DNA of 54,581 nt from an uncultured Candidatus Saccharibacteria bacterium (GTDB taxonomy: Bacteria; Patescibacteriota; Minisyncoccia; JAHIHE01; JAGLIN01), in contig CAZDCJ010000001.1 of NCBI GenBank assembly GCA_964503935.1, forward strand, positions 1 through 54,581. The letters run 5' to 3'. Both the position numbers and the translations under genes were made by a program. Under the pieces are notes generated by a model, which was not told the DNA's origin, did not search any database, and saw only the letters and a program-made list of their open reading frames with translations. Below, in pieces: positions 9,137 to 17,777 of the stretch (its first letter is position 1; every line of letters starts with the position of its first letter).

Positions 9137-9517
9137 ATGACACGACCATATTTCTCAAGCGAGTACACGCGGAAAGAAAAACAAAGAAAGAGAAGGACAA
9201 GAGAAGAACGGAGAGCGGAGATCAACGCTCCGCGCAAGAAAATAAAAAGAGGAGATCAGGTCAGACTCAATCCCGGAAGGATCCGGAAAGATGCCGACCT
9301 GTGGCAAGCGCCGGTTGACGCGAAAATCATGGCGCAGCTTCTTGCCAACAGGAAAGAGGTAATCGAAGAATATATGGCAGAAGTTACAGGCATGACCTTG
9401 GGAAAAGCCGGCGGAAGAAATTGCTGGAACGTGGCCGTAAGGCTGCCGGACGGCAAGATGATGAATGCCATATTCTTCGAAATCGAACTCGAAAAGATAG
9501 AAGCGCAGCCGGGATAA
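9137..9517 (+). CDS. hypothetical protein with very basic N-terminal region
   Basis: 126 aa. This is the ORF-track 9059..9517 trimmed to Met27, because the promoter-like site lies inside the longer ORF. The N-terminus reads TRKEKQRKRRTREERRAEINAPRKKIKRG. Confidence 0.5.
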   Translation: MTRPYFSSEYTRKEKQRKRRTREERRAEINAPRKKIKRGDQVRLNPGRIRKDADLWQAPVDAKIMAQLLANRKEVIEEYMAEVTGMTLGKAGGRNCWNVAVRLPDGKMMNAIFFEIELEKIEAQPG

Positions 9518-9580
9518 TCTAAGTGAATCCACGGCTTTTTTATCCGCCGAAGCCAGCCGTCTTTCCGGCCAGAAATTCAG

Positions 9581-9609
9581 TTGACAAATCAGACAAAAAG
9601 GGGTACTCT
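9581..9609 (+). promoter_or_regulatory. sigma70-like promoter
   Basis: TTGACA, 17-nt spacer, TACTCT. It sits about 60 nt upstream of the ATG at 9672. Confidence 0.4.
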
Positions 9610-9671
9610 TTGGGCAACGCCTTTACGGTACATCGGGCGTTGAGGAAATTGAAGCAAAAGAGGGAGAAAAA

Positions 9672-10091
9672 ATGCTAAAAGAAAGGACGATACACAAAGG
9701 ACAGCAAGTTAAGGCAAGGGTCATAGGAGATTCGGGCAAAGAGATCATGTTCGTAGCTTTCGTGATACGATCCACGAAAAAATGGTACTGGCATCTCCTG
9801 ATTGAGAACGGTCCGCACCGCCACAAGTGCATAGTGCTCAAATCCTCTGAGTTCCAAGAATTGCACGACGAAAAACTGGAGGGACTTCTTCATCATCTAG
9901 AGATATTACCCAAGGAAAAATTAGATGAAGATTTCTTCGCCTGCAATAGCACATTAAGCACTAAATCCGTAGAAATGGCGGAATTCCTGCTAACCAGAGG
10001 TTTCATCACGATGATTACCAAAGAAGAAATGCTTGAGACGTGCAAGACGCCTCCGATGGAAAATGAACCGATAATAATAGCCTTCCAATAA
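9672..10091 (+). CDS. hypothetical protein
   Basis: 139-aa ORF. The ATG is preceded by AGAGGGAG, a good Shine-Dalgarno. Confidence 0.55.
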   Translation: MLKERTIHKGQQVKARVIGDSGKEIMFVAFVIRSTKKWYWHLLIENGPHRHKCIVLKSSEFQELHDEKLEGLLHHLEILPKEKLDEDFFACNSTLSTKSVEMAEFLLTRGFITMITKEEMLETCKTPPMENEPIIIAFQ

Positions 10092-10212
10092 AGGGCCAAA
10101 AACGGTTTCTTTTTTTGTCTTCGTCCGAGAACCTGGTTGCTTTTATCCCGGATTCGTAATATGATCAGGATAAGAAAAACAGAAGGCGCGAAGAAAGCAA
10201 AGGGAGGACCAG

Positions 10213-10392
10213 ATGAGACCCGAAACGATCATCAAGTCGATAATTATCGTGATTGCGATATTCTTAGCCGTAGTGATCGGCATGTTTGTCATCAAGATAG
10301 AGATAGTAGAAGAATTCACCATACTGCTAACCTTTACGATCATAGCAGGATTTATCGGAAGAAATAAGATAAAGGAATATTTATATTTTTGA
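10213..10392 (+). CDS. small two-TM membrane protein (59 aa, below the ORF-track cutoff)
   Basis: The ATG is preceded by GGGAGGA with 4 nt of spacing. My translation is MRPETIIKSIIIVIAIFLAVVIGMFVIKIEIVEEFTILLTFTIIAGFIGRNKIKEYLYF. A terminator hairpin follows immediately. It lies in a different frame from ORF-track 10137..10367. Confidence 0.5.
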   Translation: MRPETIIKSIIIVIAIFLAVVIGMFVIKIEIVEEFTILLTFTIIAGFIGRNKIKEYLYF

Positions 10393-10412
10393 AGGACATA
10401 AGTCCTTTTTTA
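10392..10412 (+). terminator. rho-independent terminator
   Basis: AGGAC-ATAA-GTCCT followed by TTTTT. Confidence 0.5.
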
Positions 10413-10604
10413 TTATCCGCCCGTCCAGTGATCGATCAAGTATGGTAGTAAGAAAACAGTCCTTGCCGGATCGTAAGTACTAGAACGCACAGTAATTCCA
10501 GATTCCGGGATGGAGTAGCGAGCTTTAGCTCGCGCTGCTATCCCATACAGTCAGGGCTAAATCTGGAATGCGCGCGGGATAAATCCTGCTACTCCATTCG
10601 CATC

Positions 10605-10739
10605 TGTCATTGCGAGAAACGAGCGTAGCGAGCGACGTGGCAACCCCGAGCCCATGCAAAAAGAACCGTAGCAGGAGATATCGTGAATTACATATCCGGA
10701 ATCGCCGCACTTGTCGCAAACTCCAAACTCGCAATGACA
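10605..10739. repeat. MITE-like module with perfect 12-bp terminal inverted repeat TGTCATTGCGAG / CTCGCAATGACA
   Basis: The 135-bp unit has exactly inverse termini. Its left arm, TGTCATTGCGAG(A/G)A(A/G)CGAGCGTA(G/A)CG..CGACG.GGCAA(C/T)CCC, recurs at 22829..22875. Confidence 0.7.
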
Positions 10740-10773
10740 TAAAAATATGGAACCTTGCGCCTTTTTGTTTTCC

Positions 10774-10802
10774 TTGACTTATACCCATCATTTCCCTACA
10801 GT
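10774..10802 (+). promoter_or_regulatory. sigma70-like promoter
   Basis: TTGACT, 17-nt spacer, TACAGT. It is followed by the Shine-Dalgarno GGAGGG and the ATG at 10824. Confidence 0.45.
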
Positions 10803-10823
10803 AAAACCAAATGGAGGGATAAA

Positions 10824-11231
10824 ATGGACCTTGAGAAAAAGATATGGGTATTCCTGAGGATTATCGCAATAATCCTGGCATTCTGCTTCTGGAAGTATAT
10901 ATTCGTCCTCGTCGCGCTTATCCTAATCCTTTTGTTCTTATGTCTCGTGCTGTTTATCGGCGCACTACTGCTATGCGTCCCGCTCTTTGCCTTTTGTGCC
11001 GTGATATTTGCCGGGGCGATGACAGTAATCGGCGGAAAAGCCGCTTTTACCTGGTCGATGTGGTTTTCCTACCTCGAGTGGGAAAAATGGGAGAACGGTT
11101 CTCTCTCATCCTTGGGCCAACCCTACTTGAAAACTGCGACTGGGCAAGTAAAGAAAAGGACGGCGTATCCCTTATGGCGCAAGACGGGAAACGAGAAGCA
11201 TAAGTTTCGTCGGACCCATATAGGTAAATAA
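10824..11231 (+). CDS. hypothetical multi-pass membrane protein
   Basis: 135 aa. This is ORF-track 10755..11231 trimmed to the Met preceded by GGAGGG. It has a long hydrophobic core (FLRIIAIILAFCFWKYIFVLVALILILLFLCLVLFIGALLLCVPLFAFCAVIFAGAM). Confidence 0.6.
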   Translation: MDLEKKIWVFLRIIAIILAFCFWKYIFVLVALILILLFLCLVLFIGALLLCVPLFAFCAVIFAGAMTVIGGKAAFTWSMWFSYLEWEKWENGSLSSLGQPYLKTATGQVKKRTAYPLWRKTGNEKHKFRRTHIGK

Positions 11232-11244
11232 AAAAATATAAGGA

Positions 11245-11271
11245 AAGACTCCCTAAGGAGTCTTATTTCTT
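11245..11271 (+). terminator. rho-independent terminator
   Basis: AAGACTCC-CTAA-GGAGTCTT followed by ATTTCTT. Confidence 0.6.
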
Positions 11272-11381
11272 ATAAAATTGACAGGGGGACGCTCCGTCTA
11301 TAGTATTAAAGAAAAAGGAGGGATTATATAGTCAATTCAAAATGCAAGACCTCACCGATATGCAAGGTAACGCTGCTTCTA

Positions 11382-11618
11382 TTGTCGTTATTGATAGTAG
11401 TAGGAATAACTTTGGATATCGCCACCACAGCAACCTTGGTAGCTTTCTCTGCAGGACTGATGATGTTCTTTTTCGGGCTTATTGCGCTTCTCGATGACGG
11501 AAAGATAATATTGTTTTGTCCGCTCAGGATAATGACGCTGAGTCCGAAGGAAAGGATCGTCATGATCTCAACAGGAGCACCATTGCTCCTGGTCAGCATC
11601 GCAAAGATGTCGTTATGA
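11382..11618 (+). CDS. possible small hydrophobic protein; coding strand ambiguous (competes with minus ORF 11324..11599)
   Basis: 78-aa TTG-start ORF lying between a plus-strand promoter-like site (TTGACA 11278, 17 nt, TAGTAT) and a plus-oriented hairpin/T-tail at 11633. It has no convincing Shine-Dalgarno. Confidence 0.25.
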   Translation: MSLLIVVGITLDIATTATLVAFSAGLMMFFFGLIALLDDGKIILFCPLRIMTLSPKERIVMISTGAPLLLVSIAKMSL

Positions 11619-11632
11619 CTTAATAGGAAAAC

Positions 11633-11660
11633 AAGACTCTCGATAGGAGTCTTATTTCTT
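11633..11660. terminator. hairpin terminator overlapping the uvrB stop codon, possibly bidirectional
   Basis: AAGACTC-(7 nt)-GAGTCTT followed by ATTTCTTT on the plus strand. The stem sequence is the same as in the 11245 terminator. Confidence 0.45.
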
Positions 11661-13616
11661 TATGAGCCGTTTCAATTGGTTGACCTCGTCGCGGATAAGC
11701 GCCGCTTCCTCGAACTTGAGCTCGCGCGCCAGCTGCTTCATCTCCTGTTCCTTCTCCCGGACGATCCGCGGGATATCCTCGATATCCTGCGCTATCTCCT
11801 TGTACTCGGACGCTACCCTGGGCGCTATCTCATGATCCACGATGCTACTGATCTTCTTCTGGATGGAAGCCGGAGTGATGCGGTGCTCCTTGTTGTAAGC
11901 GACCTGGAGCTCGCGACGGCGATTGGTCTCGTCAATCGCCCGGCGCATGGAGCCGGTGATGTTGTCGGCATAGAGGATGACCCGGCCGCTGATATTACGC
12001 GCGGCCCGCCCCATGGTCTGGATAAGCGAGGTCTCGCTACGGAGGAATCCTTCCTTGTCGGCGTCCAATATGCCCACCAGGGTGACCTCGGGAAGGTCGA
12101 GACCTTCGCGGAGCAGGTTCACTCCGACAAGGCAGTCGAATTTCCCCTTGCGCAGCTGCCGAAGGATCTGGATGCGCTCCAGGGTGTCCACGTCGCTGTG
12201 CAGATAGGTGGACTTGATGCCCATGTCGCGCAGGTAATCGTCGAGGTCTTCCGCCATCTTCTTGGTAAGCGTCGTTACCAGCGTCCGCTCTCCTTTTTCC
12301 GCACGCGCTTTGATTTCCCTCGCGAGATCTTCTACCTGGTTCTCCAGCGGACGGACATCGATTTCCGGATCGAGAAGCCCGGTCGGCCGCACGATCTGCT
12401 CCACGATCCGCGAGGCGGTCTCTTTCTCGTAGTCTCCCGGCGTCGCCGAGACATAGACGACCTGATTGATCTTCTCCTGAAACTCTTCGAATTTTAGCGG
12501 CCGGTTGTCCATCGCCGAGGGCAGACGGAAGCCATAATCTACCAGGGCCGACTTGCGCGCCTTATCCCCCGCGTACATCGCGCGGATCTGCGGCACGGTC
12601 ACGTGCGACTCGTCGATGAACATAAGGAAATCCTTCGGGAAATAATCGATGAGCGTGTAGGGCGCCTCACCCGCGCGCCGGCCGGTCAGATAGCGCGAAT
12701 AGTTCTCGATACCATTGCAATATCCGATCTCGCGGATCATCTCGAGGTCGAATCGGGTCCTCTGCGCGATCCTTTCCGCTTCCAGGGGTTTCCCATGCTT
12801 TTCGAAAAATTTGATCCGCTCTCTCATCTCTTTCTCGATCTTGACGATAGAATCCTGCAGTGCCCCGTTCTCCACCACGAAATGCTTGGCAGGGAAGATC
12901 ATCAGCTCCTTGTGCTCTGCCACGCGCTTGCGGCTCACCTCTTCGAATTCGATTATCCGGCCGATCCTGCCGTCCTCGATCTCTATGCGATAGATGGACT
13001 CCGCCGCAGGCGGGATGATCTCAAGGACGTTCCCTACCGCCCGGAATTTTCCCTTCGACAGGATCTCGCTCCGGGAATAATACATCTCGACAAAATGGTG
13101 GATGAGCTCTTCACGGTCTGTCTTGTTCCCCGCGCGAAGGAATGCCACTTCCTTGCGGTAGGCTTCCGGCGAACCCAAGCCGTAGATACAGGAGACGGAC
13201 GAGACCACGATGACGTCGCGGCGGCTCATGAGCTCGGAAGTCGCGCGGTGGCGGAGTTTCTCTATCTCTTCGTTGACCTGAGTTTCCTTCTCGATATACG
13301 TATCAGTCGTCGCCATGTATGCTTCCGGCTGGTAGTAGTCGTAGTAAGACACGAAATATTCCACCGCGTTCTCAGGAAAGAATTCCCGAAACTCGCTCAC
13401 CAGCTGCGCCGCCAGCGTCTTATTATGCGCGATAACTAGGGCAGGCTTCTGCATCTTCTCGATGACTCCCGCCATGGTGAAAGTCTTCCCGGATCCGGTC
13501 ACACCCAAAAGCGCCTGGTGCTTATAGCCTTTCTTAAGGCCCGCATGCAGCTTCTCAATCGCCTGGGGCTGGTCCCCCGCCGGCTTGAATTTCGATCTTA
13601 TCTTGAATTTCGGCAT
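11652..13616 (-). CDS. uvrB: excinuclease ABC subunit B
   Basis: 654 aa. Motifs seen: GDQPQAI, Walker A GVTGSGKT, helicase motifs (DESH, LREGLD.PEV) and a C-terminal UVR motif ([14 protein letters not shown]). Confidence 0.97.
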   Translation of the reverse strand: MPKFKIRSKFKPAGDQPQAIEKLHAGLKKGYKHQALLGVTGSGKTFTMAGVIEKMQKPALVIAHNKTLAAQLVSEFREFFPENAVEYFVSYYDYYQPEAYMATTDTYIEKETQVNEEIEKLRHRATSELMSRRDVIVVSSVSCIYGLGSPEAYRKEVAFLRAGNKTDREELIHHFVEMYYSRSEILSKGKFRAVGNVLEIIPPAAESIYRIEIEDGRIGRIIEFEEVSRKRVAEHKELMIFPAKHFVVENGALQDSIVKIEKEMRERIKFFEKHGKPLEAERIAQRTRFDLEMIREIGYCNGIENYSRYLTGRRAGEAPYTLIDYFPKDFLMFIDESHVTVPQIRAMYAGDKARKSALVDYGFRLPSAMDNRPLKFEEFQEKINQVVYVSATPGDYEKETASRIVEQIVRPTGLLDPEIDVRPLENQVEDLAREIKARAEKGERTLVTTLTKKMAEDLDDYLRDMGIKSTYLHSDVDTLERIQILRQLRKGKFDCLVGVNLLREGLDLPEVTLVGILDADKEGFLRSETSLIQTMGRAARNISGRVILYADNITGSMRRAIDETNRRRELQVAYNKEHRITPASIQKKISSIVDHEIAPRVASEYKEIAQDIEDIPRIVREKEQEMKQLARELKFEEAALIRDEVNQLKRLIKK

Positions 13617-13642
13617 ACTTGCGCGGTTAACTTATGTACATC

Positions 13643-13671
13643 ATTATAGCCGCTAATATATTTTTAGTAAA
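13643..13671 (-). promoter_or_regulatory. possible uvrB promoter
   Basis: The minus strand reads TTTACT, 17 nt, TATAAT, about 27 nt upstream of the uvrB ATG. Confidence 0.3.
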
Positions 13672-13753
13672 ACCCGCGGTTGCGAGGCAATAAAAAAGAG
13701 CGCTTAATCTTATCAAGACACTCACTCAAATCTGTAAACCTTTTCTATGTATT

Positions 13754-14395
13754 TCACCAATCCGCCTTTTCCGGATGCTTCTTCAGATACTCCTCCCCGT
13801 GTCCTACCTCGGTATTAATAGGAATCTTTGCCTTACAAAGAGGACATTCAGATTCTGGATAAGTTTCAATCTCAATTGTAGCGAGTGACAGTAGCTTCTC
13901 CACACCCAATATTTCTGCGGAAACTTTTCCTCCGCTTCTGTCTACCAGGATATGGCATCCTACCACATTAGCGCCCGCTTCCCGACATTGCTTTATGGTC
14001 TCGGCAACCGAACCTCCGGTCGTCACTATATCTTCGACCACCAAAATCCTCTTGCCTCTGATATCTTCCTTGCCTCTCTTTAATATCTGTTTTCCTTTAT
14101 CGTCTTTTTCTGTATAAAGCGACAATACATCTTCATTCGTATACTCATAAAGAGCCAAGGAAACCGCTGTGGCAATCTTTATGCCTGCAATTGCAGGGCC
14201 TACTACCGCCTCTATTCCTTCACAAACCCATTCCCAAGCTATCTTTTTGCTATAATAGCAAAGTGTACTTGAAGAAATTACGGCCTTTGTCTTCTCAAGA
14301 TACATCCCAGAGTGGTCCTCACCTGCTAAAACGAAATGTCCCGCAAGGACTGCTCCGCTGTTTTTGAACGCTTCAAATATTTCTCCGTCGCTCAT
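13754..14395 (-). CDS. pyrE: orotate phosphoribosyltransferase (type I PRTase) with Cys-containing C-terminal extension
   Basis: PRPP-binding motif ILVVEDIVTTGGS. It lies 6 nt downstream of pyrF. The C-terminal tail contains ECPLCK. Confidence 0.8.
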   Translation of the reverse strand: MSDGEIFEAFKNSGAVLAGHFVLAGEDHSGMYLEKTKAVISSSTLCYYSKKIAWEWVCEGIEAVVGPAIAGIKIATAVSLALYEYTNEDVLSLYTEKDDKGKQILKRGKEDIRGKRILVVEDIVTTGGSVAETIKQCREAGANVVGCHILVDRSGGKVSAEILGVEKLLSLATIEIETYPESECPLCKAKIPINTEVGHGEEYLKKHPEKADW

Positions 14396-14401
14396 CTGAT
14401 A

Positions 14402-15295
14402 TCACCTCAGTCTGCCAGCTATGAATCCGGCTACTTCTTCATTCATCTCTTTAACCTTTCTCCTTGCGACTTCCGCGAAATCAGGACCGCTCGAAGCATA
14501 TATGACTCCTCTTGAAGAATTTATGGCAAGGCCGCCGTTCTCATCATCAAGTCCGTTTTCAAGGACCTCTTTTAGCCCTCCGCCCTGGAAACCGACTCCT
14601 GGAATCAGAAGAGGCATCCTGCCTACGACTCCCCGGATCATCTTCAGTTCTTCCGGATAAGTCGCACCCGCTACGAGAGCGCAGTTCCCGTTATAATTCC
14701 ATTTTTCATAGGTCCTTCTGGCGACGTGAAGATACAGAGGTTCTCCATCCACTATAAGATTCTGGATCTCTTCGGACCCTGCATTGGAAGTCTTGCAGAG
14801 TACGATTACTCCCAGATCTTCCTCGGCGAAGAAAACATCGAGAGAATCCCCGTTTCCGGTATAAGGGTTGACGGTAATACCGTTTACTCCGGACAAATTC
14901 TCCACATCCGCCTCCAGATATTTCTTATTGCTGTTGCCTATATCGCCCCGTTTGGAGTCCATAACGATCGGAACATCCGGAGCGATCCGGCGTATCATCT
15001 GCACTGTATCCCTTAGCGCTTCCGCGCCCCAGGTGCCCATGCTGTCAAAAAATCCCCGGTTAATCTTATACGCACAAACCAGGTCAGCAGTCGCGCAGAC
15101 GATACGCCTGGCAAATTCCACCACATAAGCGGCATTCTTACTGGAAATCGAAGAATATGTCGACCTAATGAAAGAACCGAACTTTTCCTCCTCAAAAAGA
15201 GTTTTGGGAATCTTCTCGAAATCGATATCCAGTCCTATGCAAATCAACCCTCCTTCTTCGTTCCTGGCTTTCAGCTGTTTAATGAAGTTCTTCAC
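14402..15295 (-). CDS. pyrF: orotidine-5'-phosphate decarboxylase (long/type 2 form)
   Basis: 297 aa with motifs GLD.D, DSKRGDIGNS and PGVGFQGG. The GTG start is preceded by AAGGAGG. Confidence 0.88.
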   Translation of the reverse strand: MKNFIKQLKARNEEGGLICIGLDIDFEKIPKTLFEEEKFGSFIRSTYSSISSKNAAYVVEFARRIVCATADLVCAYKINRGFFDSMGTWGAEALRDTVQMIRRIAPDVPIVMDSKRGDIGNSNKKYLEADVENLSGVNGITVNPYTGNGDSLDVFFAEEDLGVIVLCKTSNAGSEEIQNLIVDGEPLYLHVARRTYEKWNYNGNCALVAGATYPEELKMIRGVVGRMPLLIPGVGFQGGGLKEVLENGLDDENGGLAINSSRGVIYASSGPDFAEVARRKVKEMNEEVAGFIAGRLR

Positions 15296-15399
15296 CGCTT
15301 CTCCTCCTTTTTCTCCGTCTCTTCCTTTCGTTCATCAAATAACGGCTTCAGGGATTCATACCCTTCTCCCTTATCATTTTTTGACAACACGAATGTCAT
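15292..15399 (-). CDS. candidate 35-aa upstream ORF translationally coupled to pyrF
   Basis: I translated it as MTFVLSKNDKGEGYESLKPLFDERKEETEKKEEKR. The ATG is preceded by AGAGG. Its TGA overlaps the pyrF GTG as GTGA. It is below the ORF-track cutoff. Confidence 0.3.
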   Translation of the reverse strand: MTFVLSKNDKGEGYESLKPLFDERKEETEKKEEKR

Positions 15400-15770
15400 C
15401 TCTCTTACCTCTTTCAATGTTCAATTTGATTATAAACCGTTTTTCCTCCATTCTTTATTCTGGATGCAAGCTACCATATCCGGCCACTACTGTCAATGCT
15501 TGTCAACCTGCCAGACTCCGATCCAAGACCGACTTGATTTACTCAATAAAACCCACATCCTGAAGCAAATCCCACATCTTGTCATTCTGAGCACTTGGCG
15601 ATCCGAGTATAAACTCCGCGAAGAATCCCTTCATTACCGCTTCTCTTACCTATCATCACAAGTACTAATACTATATGAAATCAAATATCCTCGGACATTT
15701 CCCGTTTTGGGCATAAAAAAATGAGATAATTGTAAAATCATCCCTTCTTGAACAGATCCGACCCATACGG

Positions 15771-16295
15771 TCAGATCATCTTTTCTTCTTCACTTAAGAC
15801 TATCTCTTTTATATTTCCAGAGAAATCAATCTCAAGGATCTTTACCGCCCTATCCGTTACTTTGTCCAGGATCACATAAAACATCAGGACCCTTTCGATT
15901 TCCGGATATTTTTCCCTCACGATACGGCCTGCTTCTAGGAGACTCCTCATGTGATCTGCCTGCTCGCGCGCATCATCCCCTCTATATTTTGGCCAAAAAC
16001 CGCAATAGTTATGATCCGCGATTACACATACTTTGGCCCCATGATGGAAATACGCTCCGAAATCCAGCCACAAGGATATCCTTTTACAGAATATCTTCAG
16101 ATACTCAATTATATCGCTTATGAAATAGCCTTTCCTTATCCTGAAACCGTAAGTGATGGTCTTTGAGCCGCCGGCGGTAGTGAGAATATCCATTTCCTTA
16201 AAGCCGTATATCCTTTTCAAGCATTTCCGCACCACAGCCACAGCCCTATAATCTCCACATGCGATAAGTATGGCATGGGATATGAAAAGTTGCAT
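15771..16295 (-). CDS. hypothetical protein with beta-carbonic-anhydrase-like CxDxR / HxxC motifs; distant paralog of 45740..46171
   Basis: 174 aa containing IACGDYR ... TTAGGSK ... VIADHNYCG, in the same order as the beta-CA zinc-site elements. Confidence 0.45.
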   Translation of the reverse strand: MQLFISHAILIACGDYRAVAVVRKCLKRIYGFKEMDILTTAGGSKTITYGFRIRKGYFISDIIEYLKIFCKRISLWLDFGAYFHHGAKVCVIADHNYCGFWPKYRGDDAREQADHMRSLLEAGRIVREKYPEIERVLMFYVILDKVTDRAVKILEIDFSGNIKEIVLSEEEKMI

Positions 16296-16484
16296 GATAT
16301 TTCCCGCTTTCGTATCCTCGTGAATAGTATTCGCTCCTATATATTTTTGTTTTGCCTATTTGGGCAGAGTTAATTCTACCTCAACCGTATCCGAAGTCAA
16401 GGGTACGCAAAAATCATCCTCCGGGACGGCTGAGCAGTAACAAAATCGCGCAAAATAAAAAAACGCTGATCGCGCTTCTTGCAT

Positions 16485-16832
16485 CTAAGGCCATCTTTCA
16501 GGCCTACCCACTATCTTTTTCAGGAAATTCTTGCGCTTATCGCTGCCGATAAGAGGTCCCAAGAGCCAGAGGATATCATAGATCGAGACGGGTATGGACA
16601 GCCCCAGACACAACAATAGGAAAATCGGAGGGCCTGTCGATAGCTTGTCGTCGAGATACATACCGAGCAAGATGAAACTTCCAGCAATGATACCGACGGT
16701 GATGGTAAGATTAGATACCAGCGCCAACGCATAATCCATGTCGATATCCGTACGCAGTCCGTTTTCATGCCCGGCTTTGGGAACCTTCTTAACGTCCATT
16801 CCGCGAGATTCGTCTTCTTCCGTGCTTTTCAT
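16485..16832 (-). CDS. small two-TM protein, AtpZ/AtpI-like
   Basis: 115 aa. The core IIAGSFILLGMYLDDKLSTGPPIFLLLCLGLSIPVSIYDILWLL matches the G..LD+.F.T.P.F pattern of AtpZ-family proteins. Paralog of 17105..17416. Confidence 0.5.
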   Translation of the reverse strand: MKSTEEDESRGMDVKKVPKAGHENGLRTDIDMDYALALVSNLTITVGIIAGSFILLGMYLDDKLSTGPPIFLLLCLGLSIPVSIYDILWLLGPLIGSDKRKNFLKKIVGRPERWP

Positions 16833-17104
16833 ATGATTCTGTTACTTCTAAATCTGCCTCCGGCGTCATGTTTACCGAAAATAGCCATTCTGTTGTCAAT
16901 GAGCAATGCCGGACTCATGATCCGGTATCTTTATTATGGTCTTCTCCGCCATGCATATATGCCCTTTTCGAAGCCCTTATGCACAGCGAATCATATTATA
17001 CACCTTTCTTAACTTCCTGTCACTACCCTGGAAAATATTCCCGGGAAACAAAAAAACGGGTCCTGAAACCCGCTCTTGTATCGACTGCCCGCAAGTTTTC
17101 CCTC

Positions 17105-17416
17105 CTACTTCTGTTTCTTCTTCCTCCCAAGGAAATTCTTGCGCTTCTCGGAACCGATGATGGGCTCTAGGAGCCAATAGATGTCATATATAGAGACAAC
17201 GATGGAAAGACCGAGGCCGAGGAAGGTAAAGACAGGATATCCGCTCGGAAAGCGTTTGTCGAGGTATATGCCAGCAAGAATGAAACTCCCGGCGATGAGA
17301 GCGATGGAAATTCCGAGCTTCGACACAAGTTCCAGCGCGAAGAACATTTCGCGATTTGTCCGCTTGTTCTTTTCTTCCTGGGTCTCTTTGGGTTTTTGAG
17401 GATAGTTTTCGGGCAT
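17105..17416 (-). CDS. small two-TM protein, AtpZ/AtpI-like
   Basis: 103 aa with the core LIAGSFILAGIYLDKRFPSGYPVFTFLGLGLSIVVSIYDIYWLL. Both copies end in IGS(D/E)KRKNFL. Confidence 0.5.
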   Translation of the reverse strand: MPENYPQKPKETQEEKNKRTNREMFFALELVSKLGISIALIAGSFILAGIYLDKRFPSGYPVFTFLGLGLSIVVSIYDIYWLLEPIIGSEKRKNFLGRKKKQK

Positions 17417-17468
17417 AGGATAACTAAGTTAACACTTAATGTATGATTATAAGAGGTGGGCCATATTT

Positions 17469-17580
17469 TGTCATCTCGAAGGAGCAATGCGACTGAGAGA
17501 TCTAGAATGAGTCTGCTTTCCTCGCTTCGTAAAGCTCTTAGATTCCTTACTCTCGCCTAACGGCTTGGTTCAAAATGACA
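17469..17580. repeat. TGTCAT...ATGACA-bounded intergenic module
   Basis: It starts TGTCATCTCGAAGGAGCAATGCGACTGAGAGATC and ends TTCAAAATGACA. The 34-nt left arm recurs inverted at 49743..49776, which I counted as 31/34 identical. Confidence 0.6.
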
Positions 17581-17777
17581 AATACTGGATTCCCGCCGGA
17601 ATTTATACTCGGCTTGCCAAGTGTTCAGGATGAAAAAAGGGTCGTTCCGCAAGATTAAAGAGGATTTAAATCTTTGAAGCAGCACTTCCCGCATAATCCC
17701 GGATTCCCGACTTCTCGGGAATGACAGGTCAAGTAAGGTTATCGGATTGTAAGTTACGGGTCATAAGCCATGCGCTA

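Noticed and set aside
10525-10791. An 88-aa minus ORF, and 49438..49806, a 122-aa plus ORF, in large spacers.
   Set aside because: Both are composed almost entirely of the palindromic repeat modules (TGTCAT-type arms). They have no Shine-Dalgarno and a Arg/Ser/Pro-rich low-complexity translation.
11676-13439. Long plus-strand ORFs (11676..12497, 12603..13439 and others) inside uvrB.
   Set aside because: They are antisense shadow ORFs of a clearly identified gene. They are rich in Arg, Leu, Asp and His with no start signals. The same reasoning applies to 36399..37703 (in acd), 40992..42149 (in gpmI), 44206..44874 (in pgk), 46788..47318 (in gap), 50741..51680 (in gdhA/trxB), 4311..5015, 20425..21054 and 26579..27433.
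17167-17487. Alternative-frame ORFs 17167..17487 and 16520..16768 over the AtpZ-like genes.
   Set aside because: They are off-frame overlaps. The chosen frames are mutually homologous between the two paralogs, which supports them.
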